Positions 37,756 through 50,370 of a DNA stretch of 64,000 nt are shown here, one piece after another (positions within the stretch are counted from its first letter, which is position 1; every line of letters begins with the position of its first letter). The DNA lies in NCBI GenBank assembly GCA_951406725.2, contig OX597816.1:10106001-10170000 (forward strand), read 5' to 3'. The notes beneath the pieces were generated by a model. That model was not told where the DNA came from and ran no database searches. It was given only the letters and a program-made list of their open reading frames with translations. Both the position numbers and the translations under genes were made by a program. This DNA is from Octopus vulgaris. Lineage: Eukaryota.

Positions 37756-38504
37756 ATACATATATACATGTATGTATGTATGTATGCAGCATTTGAATAC
37801 ACACAGACTCTGTATATAAATATATAAATGTCGATAGTGGATGTATGTATGAGTGTGTTTATTATGTAGTTATCAGATATTCATAAATATTTATGAATAC
37901 TTATAACCCTGCATATAGGTGTGTGTGTGTGTGTATATTTGTGAGTCTGTTCAGATGTATCTATGAATATGTATATAAGCGTGCATGGTTAAATACTGTG
38001 TGTACATTTATTTGTAAGAGCACACACAGGCACACACTTGTGTCTTATGTCTATGTTAAGTGTGATTGAATAATAGATTTTATCAAACTTGGCAGCAAGC
38101 TCAGGGAATTTTTCTAATAAACACCGACGGCATATGTTAGATTTGAAACAACGATAAGGTGGTAGGCAGGGTGAACTTTTAAGAGTCCTGATAAAATCAG
38201 AATTATCTTCGTTTTCTACTCAGACACATATATTTATTTTTGAATTATTTATATATTTATTAATCTACCGTTGTTCTTTAGAGCAACCACAATCAAGGAT
38301 ATTTATGTTGAAAGGTGTTCCTTGTATCCGGGACCACAATATTCAATATGTTCTGAGACAGGAGGCTGTCAACTGAGGAGGATGTGACTGCTATTTCTTG
38401 TATTCAGTAGAACTTTCCTTGATAGTTTGCTTTTTATCTCACTCCTCTCTCTCTCTCTCTCTCTTTCTCTCTGTTTCTCTCTCTATCTCTGTATGTATAT
38501 ATCG

Positions 38505-38815
38505 GGTAAAGACCCCATTCAGTCATGATTGACCACAGGATTGCTCCTAGAAAGTGCTCTTCCAATCACAAGTCTGGGCAAGGTCATTGTTGCCCAAGTA
38601 TACCAGTCGTGCCTCTCCATGCCACTGATGTTGTCCAAGGCCAATACAACTTGGCACTAGTGACATCATAAGTCATTTCCACATCTGAGTGAACTGGAGC
38701 AATGTGAAATAAAGTGTCTTGCTCAAGAACACAACACATAGCCTGATCTGGGAATTGAACTCACAACCTCATGATTGTAAGCCTGACACTCTAACCACTG
38801 AGCCATGCACCTTCA
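38505..38815 (-). mobile_element. CORE-like SINE (head 2 + third tail Z)
   Basis: TGGCTCAGTGG A box, GAGTTCAATTCC B box, TTGTGTTCTTGAGCAAGACACTTTATTTCACATTGCTCCAG CORE-like block. Confidence 0.75.
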
Positions 38816-39310
38816 AGTATATATAACCATGCTTAATTCATGGAGAGAAAATTACCATACAGATAAGTTAACATTTCTTTTTACTTACATTTCTCTTTCC
38901 TACTTTTATTCCACATTTCTGTTCATTATTTACTAAAGTAAAATTATTCCAACAACCTCTAGTTATATAATTTTAGTTTGTCATGTCTTAATATATGATG
39001 TAAATAGCAAAATAAATTCATATAAAATAGACCTGAAGATTGGCAATATAACTGGTTTAATATGGTATTGTATAGAGACATTCTATTTCAGCAATATCGA
39101 GGAATGTGTTGTCATGAAACATGCATAGTGATGATAATGTAAAGTATATGACTTGTAATAAGAATTGAAGGTATTAATATATATATATATATACTTTTCT
39201 CTTTTTGTCACCACCATTTGCACCTACACCGACATTCACACCCTCTCCATGTGTGTATCATTGGCAATTTTCTTCTCCGTCTTCCCTTCCTTGGACCTTT
39301 CCTTTTTTCT

Positions 39311-39347
39311 ATATTTCTGACGAAGTGCTCCGCTTGAAGCGTTAAAT
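39311..39347 (+). ncRNA. Degenerate minimal hammerhead-like motif
   Basis: attt-CTGACGA-a-gtgc(tcc)gctt-GAAG-cg-TT-aaat: canonical 5' core; GAAA is changed to GAAG and stem II has a mismatch. Confidence 0.45.
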
Positions 39348-39680
39348 CCTCCTTTTTTTCCTTTCCTGAGCGTCCAATAACACTATACTTGTTCCATGTC
39401 CTCGCATTGTTGTGTTTTCTCTTTGTTCATGTTTGGATTAACTATATATAAACGATGATGATGATGATGATGATATATATATATGTTACATGTATATTAT
39501 ATCATACCTTGATACTGTGTGGACTAAGATCTCCATTGACAGGCCGTTGGTATTTATAGAGTGTTAAACACTTTTGGTATGCAAATTAGGGACTCCTTCA
39601 TAGAGTAACTGCTGCATTTGTCGAGTATATAAGCAGTTTAACTGCTTGTTTTTCTGGAGACTGTCAGAATGATGTGGACT

Positions 39681-39721
39681 CCTCTGATAAGAACCCAATA
39701 AGGTTCAGAAATTGATTAAGG
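39681..39721 (+). ncRNA. Degenerate minimal hammerhead-like motif
   Basis: cct-CTGATAA-gaacc(caataa)ggttc-a-GAAA-ttga-TT-aagg: perfect 5-bp stem II; G8 is changed to A. Confidence 0.4.
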
Positions 39722-39734
39722 TTGTTTATTAGTA

Positions 39735-40030
39735 GCTTGGGTTTTCACCTCATGATCATAAGATTGTGAGTTCAATCCCCAGCGACGCGTTGTGTCCTTG
39801 AGCAAGACACTTTATTTCACGTTGCCCCAGTCCACTCAGCTGGCAAAAATAGGTTGTACCTGTAATTCAAAAGGACCAGCATTGTCACATTCTCAGTCAG
39901 GCTGAATCTTCCTGAAAGCTACATTAGGGGTATGTATGTCTGTGGAGTACTCAGCCACTTGCATGCTAATTTCACAAACAAGTTGTTCTGTTGATTGGAA
40001 CACTTGTCATTGCAACCAATGGAATGCCAG
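39735..40030 (+). mobile_element. CORE-like SINE (head 2 + tail X)
   Basis: TTGTGTCCTTGAGCAAGACACTTTATTTCACGTTG...CAGTCCACTCAGCTGGCAAAAAT, then the tail shared with 3390-3770. Confidence 0.75.
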
Positions 40031-40099
40031 GTTTATTTTTATATTGACTGTGTTTTTATTTCTGACATAATGACCAGCTAACTTATAAATTTTATGTAT

Positions 40100-40512
40100 A
40101 GGTGTAGGAATGGCTGTGTGGTAAGTAGCTTGCTTACCAACCACATGGTTCCGGGTTCAGTCCCACTGTATGGCACTTTGGACAAATGTCTTCTACTATA
40201 GCCAGCATCGGGCCAACCAAAGCCTTGTGAGTGGATTTGGTAGACAGAAACTGAAAGAATCCCGTTGTATATATATATGTATATACATAAATATATATTT
40301 ATATGTGTGTGTGTGTGTGTGTGTATACATTTGTGTGTCTGTGTTTGTCCCCCCAACATCACTTGACAACCGATGTTGGTGTGTTACGTCCCCGTTAGCA
40401 GTTTGGCAAAAGAGACCAATAGAATAAGTCCTAGAGTAGATTTGCTCGACTAAAGGCAGTGCTCCAGCATGGCCACAGTCAAATGACTGAAAAAAAATAG
40501 AAGACTAAAAGA
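40100..40512 (+). mobile_element. SINE family A, near full length
   Basis: Matches 18597-19025. Confidence 0.85.
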
Positions 40513-42082
40513 GTATATAGACAGACGCATAACAATAGATACTCACATACACCTGAAAATATGTTTACATACATGTTTGTGAGTGCATATATACTCATGC
40601 ACCTACATAGACAGTTTCTTTCTTTTGTTTTTTGTTTTTTTCACTTTTTGATTGCTTGAAAATGTTTTGTAATTAGAATTAGAATCAAGAACTAAAGCAG
40701 AAAGATTTGTTTTTGTGAAAATATATTTGGATTACCTCAAGGTTTGTTTCACAATCTACATAACCTTTCTGGATGTGTATCCTTTATCAATAGAGTTTTT
40801 GTCAGTATTCTCTTTTCTAGCATAGGTACTTTAAGTTCACAAATATATTAAACACATGCACACACACACACACATATACATACATACATACATACATACA
40901 TATACACACACACATATAGATGGTTGTTCTATTTTTCGTTTTTTTTTTTTTTTTTGTTATTTTCCATATAAGAGTCTAAGACTTACAACCAGCGGATACA
41001 AAAGTAAGATAAGAACAGTATGGATCGTGCATACTCTCATTTTTCATTAGTAATATGATTACACGACCACCAAGGAAGAAAAGAGAAGAATGCTCTCTTG
41101 TAAATTCCAAATTAATACAGAAGTAAATGAACAAAAGATTTGTAGAATTTCCTGGAGCAGTCGTCATGTCAAAACACAAAGTTTATAAAGCAGAAAGTAC
41201 AAGTAGCTGTGCCTTACCAAGATACTATCACATTGCCTTACCAAGATACTACCTTTATATACTGTTTTAGTACTGGAACTACATATCGTTGCTATTATGC
41301 AAAAGTGTTGTAAGTCCAAAATGTTGCTTTTTCAGAAAAGGAAAAAGTAGTTTCACAATTCTATAGCAAAACTGTTGAACTACACTTCGACAATTTTTGA
41401 TATTTGGCATCTGAAGCAGATGGAGATACGATAGTTTGACCAAAAGAAGTGGCTGTTGCAAGCAAAAATAAATACTGAAAAAAAGAAAGTGTATTTGGCC
41501 AAATTTGGATATACAATAGTTTAACATAATAACAATGAAATGCTTTAGTATAAGTAGCATCAGCCAACATCATTGGGATGATAGATATACAGAAATACAT
41601 CAAGGCAACAGAGGCTGAAGAATCACACTTTTTGTTTTAATATCCAGGAAAAGTATAATGTCATTATCAACCAGCTATATGTAATGATTTCAAGAAGACA
41701 CAAAGCTATATAACATCAGCTAGAAGTTGCTGAAATGATCTAGGCCATATCTTAAAGGCACTGTAGGATGCAGACTCTGCCTGACAGAGAAGAGAATTAT
41801 TCTAAAAATTTCACACAATCATAGCACTTTCCATCAAACAAGTTTTTTATATGTTTATGTAAATATATATAATCGTCACCATTGTTATAATGCCCACATC
41901 TCATGCTTGCATATTTAAGACATAATTTGTTAAGGGAGATTTTTTTGCATGGTTGGCTACCTTTCCTCTCAGTCTGTAGCATCCTCTTTGAACATTTAAG
42001 AGGCTATTTGACAACTGTAAACAGCAGTCAAATCTCTGTCAATTCACATAAACATATTGAAAATCGATACTAATCATCATCA

Positions 42083-42468
42083 TTGTTCGACCGTGGTCGA
42101 GACAATGGAATTTACTATGTTATGCCAGACCTCACGGTCCATCATAGCATTATGGAGGTCCTGTCGCTAGATGCCTATATCTCTGGGGATTACATCAGGG
42201 TAGGAGAGTGTGTGCCCTCTGGTATCGCGAGCAAGATGGCTTCCAGAGGAGAAGAGTAGAAATTACCTCGTTTTCAGCTCTACAACAATGTCCAGCAAAC
42301 TGGACTCTTCTGCCTTTCACAAGAGATGATACAGGTGGTAATTTCCCATATATTTGTACTTTGGTTGGATGACGCTTCCACGAGAAATTTTGAGCTCTCA
42401 TAAAGAGGTGAGTGTAAGTTCCATCCAACCACCTCTCAAGCTTCTTTGATAACGTCCAGGTTTCTGAT
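42083..42468 (-). mobile_element. RTE/RTE-X-like LINE 3' fragment
   Basis: Near-identical to 27372-27760; ATG-type tail. Confidence 0.8.
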
Positions 42469-43350
42469 ACTAATACCGTAGTAAGTAAAAAGAGTTTTTT
42501 TACTGACCATGGTATGAGCTTTTGTGTTTTGTCTCACAGAAGACCAACAAAGGTTTGAAACTTTGGATTTTGCACCTGCTTCATTGCAAATCAACTTGTG
42601 ATTTATTTTAATCCCCTAACTTCATCATATAACTGTCACCCTTGTAGACCACTATTTTACTTGGTTTCCAAATTTCTCTTTCTCAAATCATGGCTTGCTG
42701 TTTTAAAAAGCACACACTGGATATTATACTCTGATAAGATTTGTGCCTGAAACTTGTGATCTCTATTATATAAAACTTATTTTAGAGCTACAACATAGCT
42801 GTTACATGGAACAGGCTGAGTGAACATATAGACTTTCACTTATTGGCTTATTTATAATGTGTTGTATGCGTAAGGTTTAAAGTTTTTTCTTCTTAATTCA
42901 GTTTCTATGTTGGGTGAACTTTATGTCAAAGCTATTTCAAATAAATTCTTAAAAAAGTGATAGTAAAATTTACTTGTATTAAACTGAATAGAAATACAGG
43001 GAAAACATATATCTTTAAATAATAACATGGGAAGTACATGCTAAACTTTTGATAATAAGGAAAGTAACAATGTAACTTCTCTACATTTTTTCAACATATT
43101 TTATTTCCAAAAGAATTTTTATGTAAAAATACTATGAATTGGGATGTAGGTTGTTAGGAAATGGTTACTATGACAAAAGGTTTTTACTTGAATGAATTCC
43201 ATATCTACTCCCATTGACAAGAAGGAAGGCATTAGATATACATTATATGTCTACACATGCACATCAATGTCTTGCTTTTTGTTACAGGAAGTAAATATGT
43301 ATAGCATTCAACCAAAGACACTTCACATGCCTATACAAGCATGCATATAT

Positions 43351-43388
<38 letters not shown>

Positions 43389-43929
43389 ACACACATCTAA
43401 AAGCTGGATGAAGAAAAGTCACCAACAAACAAAAAAATTTTGTTGATAACATGAATAGTTAAAATACGGAATTAGCTCCCTGGGGTGTTTTATTTTCGTT
43501 TTTTTTACCAGAAATTTCCCAATGGTAGTCTCAAGAAAGTCTGACTCAAGTTGACTGCTAGAATACTTGCACTGTATCAAGGAATAATACGAATGCATAA
43601 TTTTTGTTTTCTTCGGTTGAAAATATATCAAAGATGTGGCTTCGACAAAAGGATGGAGTAAATGATCAAACATCAGGAAATTCTTCATTCTCTAAACTTT
43701 TTGTGACTCTTCTATATTTCCATGTATGTAGAAAAGCAAGTAATACAATTTTATGTATATAGATAGAGAGGTATTTATATGTTTAAATATAGGTATATAT
43801 ATATGTGTGTGTGTGTGTGTATTTATTTATGTATGTATCTTTGTATGTATCTATGTATGTATATATGTATATATAAGTATATATAGATATATATATTTAT
43901 GTATGTATATATATATATGTATGTGTGTG

Positions 43930-43964
<35 letters not shown>

Positions 43965-44181
43965 ATGTATATACATGTATGTATATATATATATGTATGT
44001 ATATATATACACATATTTATGTATTTATATATATATATATATATATATAGGTATTTGTGTATATGTATATATATACAGGTACTTATATAAATATATGCAA
44101 ATACATGTATATATATATATAAATAGATAGATAGATAAATTTATATACATGCAAATACATGTATATTTATATATATACATT

Positions 44182-44248
<67 letters not shown>

Positions 44249-45663
44249 GTAAACATTCTCAGTTAATATGATGTAAAAAGTATGTGCTTACAACCTAAAT
44301 GTTAAGCATGCACGCAAAGAATATATGAATTTGGAATCTGTTATATATGTGTGTAATTCACCAGAAAATTCTCAGAAAATTTCACAAAGAAACTTTCACT
44401 TTACGTGTGTATATTTTAATATGTTTTGATTATTATATAAAAGGAAAACTGGCTGAAACTTTTATAGTTTTTTTTTTTATTAAAATTTTTTTTTATTAAT
44501 TTTTTTTTTCTTTTAGTTCTTCAATAGATGATGATCAGCATTGAAATTGTTTTGATTTCTAACTGTAAAAGAAATAAGAAGAGTAAATTTCATGATGCAT
44601 ATACATAGATATATCCACATTAAAATATCATATGACAGAACACATAAAACATAATGAGAAAAAACCCCAAAAAAAAACAGAAATTCATTGTCACAGCTGA
44701 TTCAGCAGAATATTTTCCTTCAGTAGCAACAACTTCTGGTATTTTATGTTTCTCAACTACATCTTTTTTTTTTCTTTTTTTGTTTTCCTTATTTGTTTCT
44801 GTCCATTCTTTGATTATGTAGCATGGATTTAGAATTTCTTTAAATACTTTTATCCATTTTGTAAAAGTTTTCAATTTTGTTTTTTTTAATGCTTAAAACT
44901 GTTTTAAAATGAACATATATTCAGGTATTACTTATGTATTCCACTTTACCGTGTCTGTTATGTAATATTATATGTATAAACATAGTGGGGTTTTTTTTGC
45001 ATATATCTTTAACATGCATTAATAAGAATGCATCTGTGTGGGTGTTTGACCTGGTAAAAATAACAGCAAAATCTCCTTCATATGAAATTGTCTCAAAAGA
45101 ATTGCTAAGAGCTTGCCGGATAAAATAGTCTTAGATATATATTGTGTTTGAATAAAAAGATAGGATAGTAGTTGTTCTTCAAATGCTTTTGATCATAGGT
45201 GTGTGGAATCAGAAATGATCTGGGATAAAACAAGACATGTAATTTATTTTGCTGATAAAAAAAAAAAAAAATGAACGAAAAAATATTTTTAAAAAAAGCC
45301 CAATTTTCAAATTTGCTGCATTACAATGATCAATACACTGTTTTACCAGAACCAGCGTTACATTACTTCTAAACTAGCGCTTTGGGCCTAATTTCAATAA
45401 TCTTAAAATCATTTTGTGATTTCTTTCTATAAAATGTCGAAATCAATAGAACATTCGAAATGTTCAAAAATCAAAAAATCAATATTAGATGATATATATA
45501 TGTATGTATATTCTGATTCATGTTCAAAAGAAAAGAAACAACAACAACATCACCAATTACATATTTTGAAGTGAAGCAAGGAAGAAGCATCTACAAGAAA
45601 GAAATAGCAAGTAAATGTTTGTTAGATTACATACCCAGGCTTCTTAAAAGTAGGAGGAATACT

Positions 45664-46398
45664 TTAACCCTTTCGTTACCATATTTCTATTGAGATGCTC
45701 TGTATTTCTTTCAATTAATTATAAATATAACAAAGAATTTAGTAAAATAACTTAGTTATCATTAAGCTAGTGTTAGGAACATAAATTGTGACTAAGGTTT
45801 GATAGAAGATTTTAATTCAAAACTTATGGAAACAAGACATTTGTACTACAGAGCCAGAGGTGGCTTCACCTGAGTTGATACCAAAGGCTTAAAAATATCA
45901 TGGTGACTTTAACCCTTTTATTGCCATATTTCTATTGAGATGCTCTGTGTTTCTTTCAATTAATCTTAAATATAACAAAGAATTTAGTAAAATAACTTAG
46001 TTATCGTTTAGTTAGTGTTAAGGAACATAAATTGTGACTAAGGTTTGGTGGAAGATTTTAATTCAAAACTTATGAAAATAAGACATTTGTACCGCAGAGT
46101 CAGAGGCAGTTTCAGCCAGGTTAGTGTCAAAAGGGTTAAGGCCCACCTTATTCTTTCTCTTTTCAACTTTAACCCTTTCGTTATTGTATTTATTTTGAGA
46201 TGCTCTGTGTTTCTTTCAATTAATTTTAAATATAACAAAGAATTTAGTAAAATAACTTAGTTATCATTAAGCTTCTGTTAGGAACATAAATTGCGACTAA
46301 GGTTTGGTGGAAGATTTTAATTCAAAATTTATGAAAACAAGACATTTGTACTATAGAGCCTGAGGCAGTTTCAGCCGGGTTGGTAATGAAAGGGTTAA
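45664..46398 (+). mobile_element. Three tandem ~230-bp TTAA-flanked piggyBac-type MITEs
   Basis: Units TTAA-CCCTTT...AAAGGG-TTAA at 45664-45892, 45909-46139 and 46169-46398. Confidence 0.85.
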
Positions 46399-47207
46399 AG
46401 AATGTAATCCTAAATTCACAATGTTCTAGAAAACAACAGGGTGGTCATGTTTGGAGCAGGCTTAATTGTAATCTTGCTTGATTAGAAACAGATATGAAAC
46501 TAAACAGCAACAAAATCTGTAAGCAGATAATTTAATGTTCTCAAGAGACATCTGCCATTTTTAGATTTTGGAAATAGCAGTATTTTCAATAGATCAGGAT
46601 GGGATGAATAATGGGTTTAAGGTCGGGTCAGTTGTGGGGGAATATGCTATTGCAACATGTTGCTACATTCACCATTTATTGGTATATTTCCAGGTCATCT
46701 TGGGTGACTTGTTGACCAGGGTCCCAGTCAGTCCCCCATCTCTGGAAGATGCCTCCTCATCTGCTGTGACCATGTAGCATGTAGTCAACCAACACGAGTT
46801 GCCAACCCTCTCCGAATTCTCAGTAAACTGGGTTTATCTCAGAAAATAGAGCAACATGGCCAAAATGCCCTAGCTGGTGCTCTCAAATCGAATAGCAAGA
46901 CACATCCTAGTTTCTGGGTAGAAATTCCTGTGATGAGATATGAACCTGTAACCCTTCACAGATGAGGATTGATTTTAAAACTATGTAGCAACATCTAAAT
47001 ACATACATGTTCCAGCCTGTGCAGACACACGGACACATGCATATACAATGGGCTTCTTTCAATTTCCGTTTGTCAAATCACAAGGTTTTGGTTGGTATGA
47101 GGCTACAGGAGAAAACATTTGCCCAATATCACACATGGTGACCGAAGACTAAACCTGAAAACACATAACTAGGAAGTGAACTTCTTAACCACATAGTCAT
47201 ATGTGTA

Positions 47208-47255
<48 letters not shown>

Positions 47256-47275
47256 TACATATATATACATACATG

Positions 47276-47315
<40 letters not shown>

Positions 47316-47341
47316 TACATATATACATATACACATATATA

Positions 47342-47389
<48 letters not shown>

Positions 47390-47394
<5 letters not shown>

Positions 47395-47695
47395 TATATA
47401 AAAGGGCTTAGTAAAATAAATTACTTTGCCACATACTGAACTCATTAGAAATAGTAGCTAAAAAAACTTTTTTAGAACTATTTCTAATACTTAAAGAAAA
47501 TCTCTCTCAAATAGTGTTTGCTCAATTCAACTCACGAATTCAACTCACTTTCGTGAGTTGAATTGAGCAAACACTATTTGAGAGAGATTTCTTTAAGTAT
47601 TAGAAATAGTTCTAAAAAGTTTTTTAGCTACTATTTCTAATGAGTTCAGTATGTGGCAAAGTAATTTATTTTACTAAGCCCTTTTATATAATGTA
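47390..47695. repeat. Near-perfect palindrome, arms 47390-47538 and 47550-47695, 11-nt spacer
   Basis: Arms are reverse complements apart from three homopolymer length differences. Confidence 0.92.
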
Positions 47696-47841
47696 ATAAT
47701 TTGAATTCGCCTTAAATGGTCCCTTTACATACTGAATACTTGGTGAAATTGATTAATAATTAATTAATTTTACCCTCAATTGTTGAAATTATATATATAT
47801 ACATATATACATATATACATATACACATATATATATATGTG

Positions 47842-47879
<38 letters not shown>

Positions 47880-47885
47880 CATACA

Positions 47886-48030
47886 TCGGAGTGGTTGGTG
47901 TTAGGAAGGACATCCAGCTGTAGAAACACTGCCAGATCAGACTGGAGCCTGGTGCAGCCTGCTGGCTTCCCAGTCGAACTGTCTAACCCATGCTAGCATG
48001 GAAAATGGACGTTAAATGATGATGATGATG
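47886..48030 (+). mobile_element. Short RTE-type 3' end
   Basis: Shared terminus plus (ATG)n, embedded in (TA)n. Confidence 0.8.
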
Positions 48031-48037
48031 ATATATA

Positions 48038-48138
<101 letters not shown>

Positions 48139-48175
48139 GTATATATATATGTATATATATATGTATATATATATG

Positions 48176-48206
<31 letters not shown>

Positions 48207-48253
48207 GTATATATATATGTATATATATATGTATATATATGTATATATATATG

Positions 48254-48284
<31 letters not shown>

Positions 48285-48297
48285 GTATATATATATG

Positions 48298-48329
<32 letters not shown>

Positions 48330-48357
48330 TGTACATATATATATGTGTATATGTATA

Positions 48358-48407
<50 letters not shown>

Positions 48408-48618
48408 TGTGTATGTGTCATCTAAGAGACCATAAGTCAGGGAAAAGATGCACTCATATATCTGTCAGTAGAGTGGGTATATTGTATGAAGTGTACAGTA
48501 TTAAATATCCACCATGGCCGGTCTTGTCTAACTCTCCATTCTGTTCTTTATGTGAAACTGATCGGTAAAACAAGCCGTGATGGATATTAAATACTATACA
48601 TTTCAGATAATATATATA

Positions 48619-48707
48619 TTCTTCTTCTTCTTCTTCTTCTTCTTCTTCTTCTTCTTCTTCTTCTTCTTCTTCTTCTTCTTCTTCTTCTTCTTCTTCTTCT
48701 TCTTCTT

Positions 48708-48774
<67 letters not shown>
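48619..48774. repeat. Pure (TTC)n tract (~39 units) followed by (TTA)n
   Basis: Directly visible. Confidence 0.95.
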
Positions 48775-48775
<1 letters not shown>

Positions 48776-48794
48776 GAATTGATATTATTAAGAA

Positions 48795-49010
48795 TAATAG
48801 TAGAAAAGCATAAATTCCATATGTAGTTCTTACTTTGTGCACAACAGCTGTTACATTAGGATAAACATCATTAAATGTGCAATTATTCAATTGTGATACA
48901 TAATTAATTAATTTAATTAATTTACAATCTAATGATGTTTATCCTTATGAAACAGCTGTTGAGCACAACATATGAACTCTATGTGAAATTTATACTTTCT
49001 GCTTTTAATT
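48795..49010. repeat. Imperfect ~90-bp inverted repeat
   Basis: ...TTGTGCACAACAGCTGTTACATTAGGATAAACATCATTA... versus ...TAATGATGTTTATCCTTATGAAACAGCTGTTGAGCACAA... Confidence 0.8.
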
Positions 49011-49029
49011 TTTGAGTTGTCTTTTATCT

Positions 49030-49740
49030 TTTACTTGTTTCCGTCATTAGACTGTGGCCATGCTGGGGCACTGTCTTGAAGAGGTTTTACTCGAATGAAT
49101 TGATCCCAGTACTTATTTTCTACGTAAAGCTGGGTACTCACCGGTTGTCAAGGGGTGGTTGGAAGACAAGCACAGATGAAAAGACACACACATTTATATA
49201 GTCTTTTATTTGTTTCAGTCATTTGACTGTTGCCATGCTGGAGCATCACTTTTAGCTGAACAGTTCCACTCCAGGACTTATTCTTTGTAAGCCTAGTACT
49301 TATTCTATCAGTCTCTTTTGCCAAACCACTAAGTTACAGGGACGTAAACACACCAGATTCAGTTGTCAAGCGGTGTTGGGGGGGACAAACACAGACACAC
49401 ACACACACACACACATATATATACAATGGGCTACTTTCAGTTTCTGTCTACCAAATCCACTTACAAGGCTTTGGTCAGCTCAAAGCTGTAACTAGAAGGC
49501 ACTTGCCCAAGCTGCCACTCAGTAGAACTGAACCAGAACCATGTGATTGGTAAGCAAGCTTCTTACCACACAGCCTCTGGATTCTTTTAGTTTCTGTCTA
49601 CCAAATCCACTCACAAGGTTTTGGTTAGCCCAAGGCCATAGTAGCAAACACTCAACCAAGTTGGCTTGCAATGAGACTGAGCCTGGCACCATGCAATTGG
49701 GAAGCAAGGTCCTTACCACACAGCCATGCCTGCACCTATA
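49030..49740 (-). mobile_element. Stack of three SINE family A copies or fragments
   Basis: Tails at ~49030 and ~49205; heads at ~49575 and ~49738. Confidence 0.8.
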
Positions 49741-49909
49741 ATCACATACATCCTTAACATGACACAACTCAGTAAAAGAAACACCAGACTAAATACCAAT
49801 AACGGTTGATTTTGATGTAATTTATTAAAACCCTTGAAATCATTGCTCCAGCTTTGCCACAGTCCAACTACTGAAGCCATCAAACACTTCCAATCATGTG
49901 TTCAATTAA

Positions 49910-50370
49910 TCATCATCATCGTTTAACGTCCGTTATCCGTGCTAGCATGGGTTATACAGTTTGACCGGGGTCTGGGAAGCCAGGAGGCTGCACCAGGCTC
50001 CAATCTGATATGGCTGTGTTTCTATAGCTAGATGCCCTTCCTAACGCCAACACTCCATGAGTGTAGTGGGTGCTTTTTACGTGCCACTGGCACAGGTGCC
50101 AGGGGAGGCTGGCAGCAGTCACGATCGGTTGGTGCTTTTTACGTGCCACCGGCACGGGTATCACAAATACAATTTCCATTTGATATTTATTTTGATGTTG
50201 ATGATGTACTTGACTCAATAGGTCTCCTCAAGCACAGCAGGTCACCTTACGATCCAAGGTAAGCACAGCAGATCATTCTGCAATCCAAGGTACTTTGGAT
50301 GGGTAGGGGCTATGCGAAACTGGTGCAGGAAACAGCCATGAACTCACATTATTTGTCAGGTCTTTCCACA
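49910..50370 (-). mobile_element. RTE-type LINE 3' end
   Basis: Similar to 19855-20245 and to the reverse complement of 2950-3353. Confidence 0.8.

Noticed and set aside
38282-38383. Exon-like 102-nt open segment
   Set aside because: Resembles the dispersed repeat at ~51720-51930 and has weak donors.
41210-41251. 18-bp direct repeat TGCCTTACCAAGATACTA with a 6-nt spacer
   Set aside because: Most simply a local slippage or repair duplication; nothing else supports an element.
42729-42762. CTGATAA...GAAA hammerhead-like spacing
   Set aside because: Stems I and II do not pair convincingly and there is no NUH triplet in the right place.
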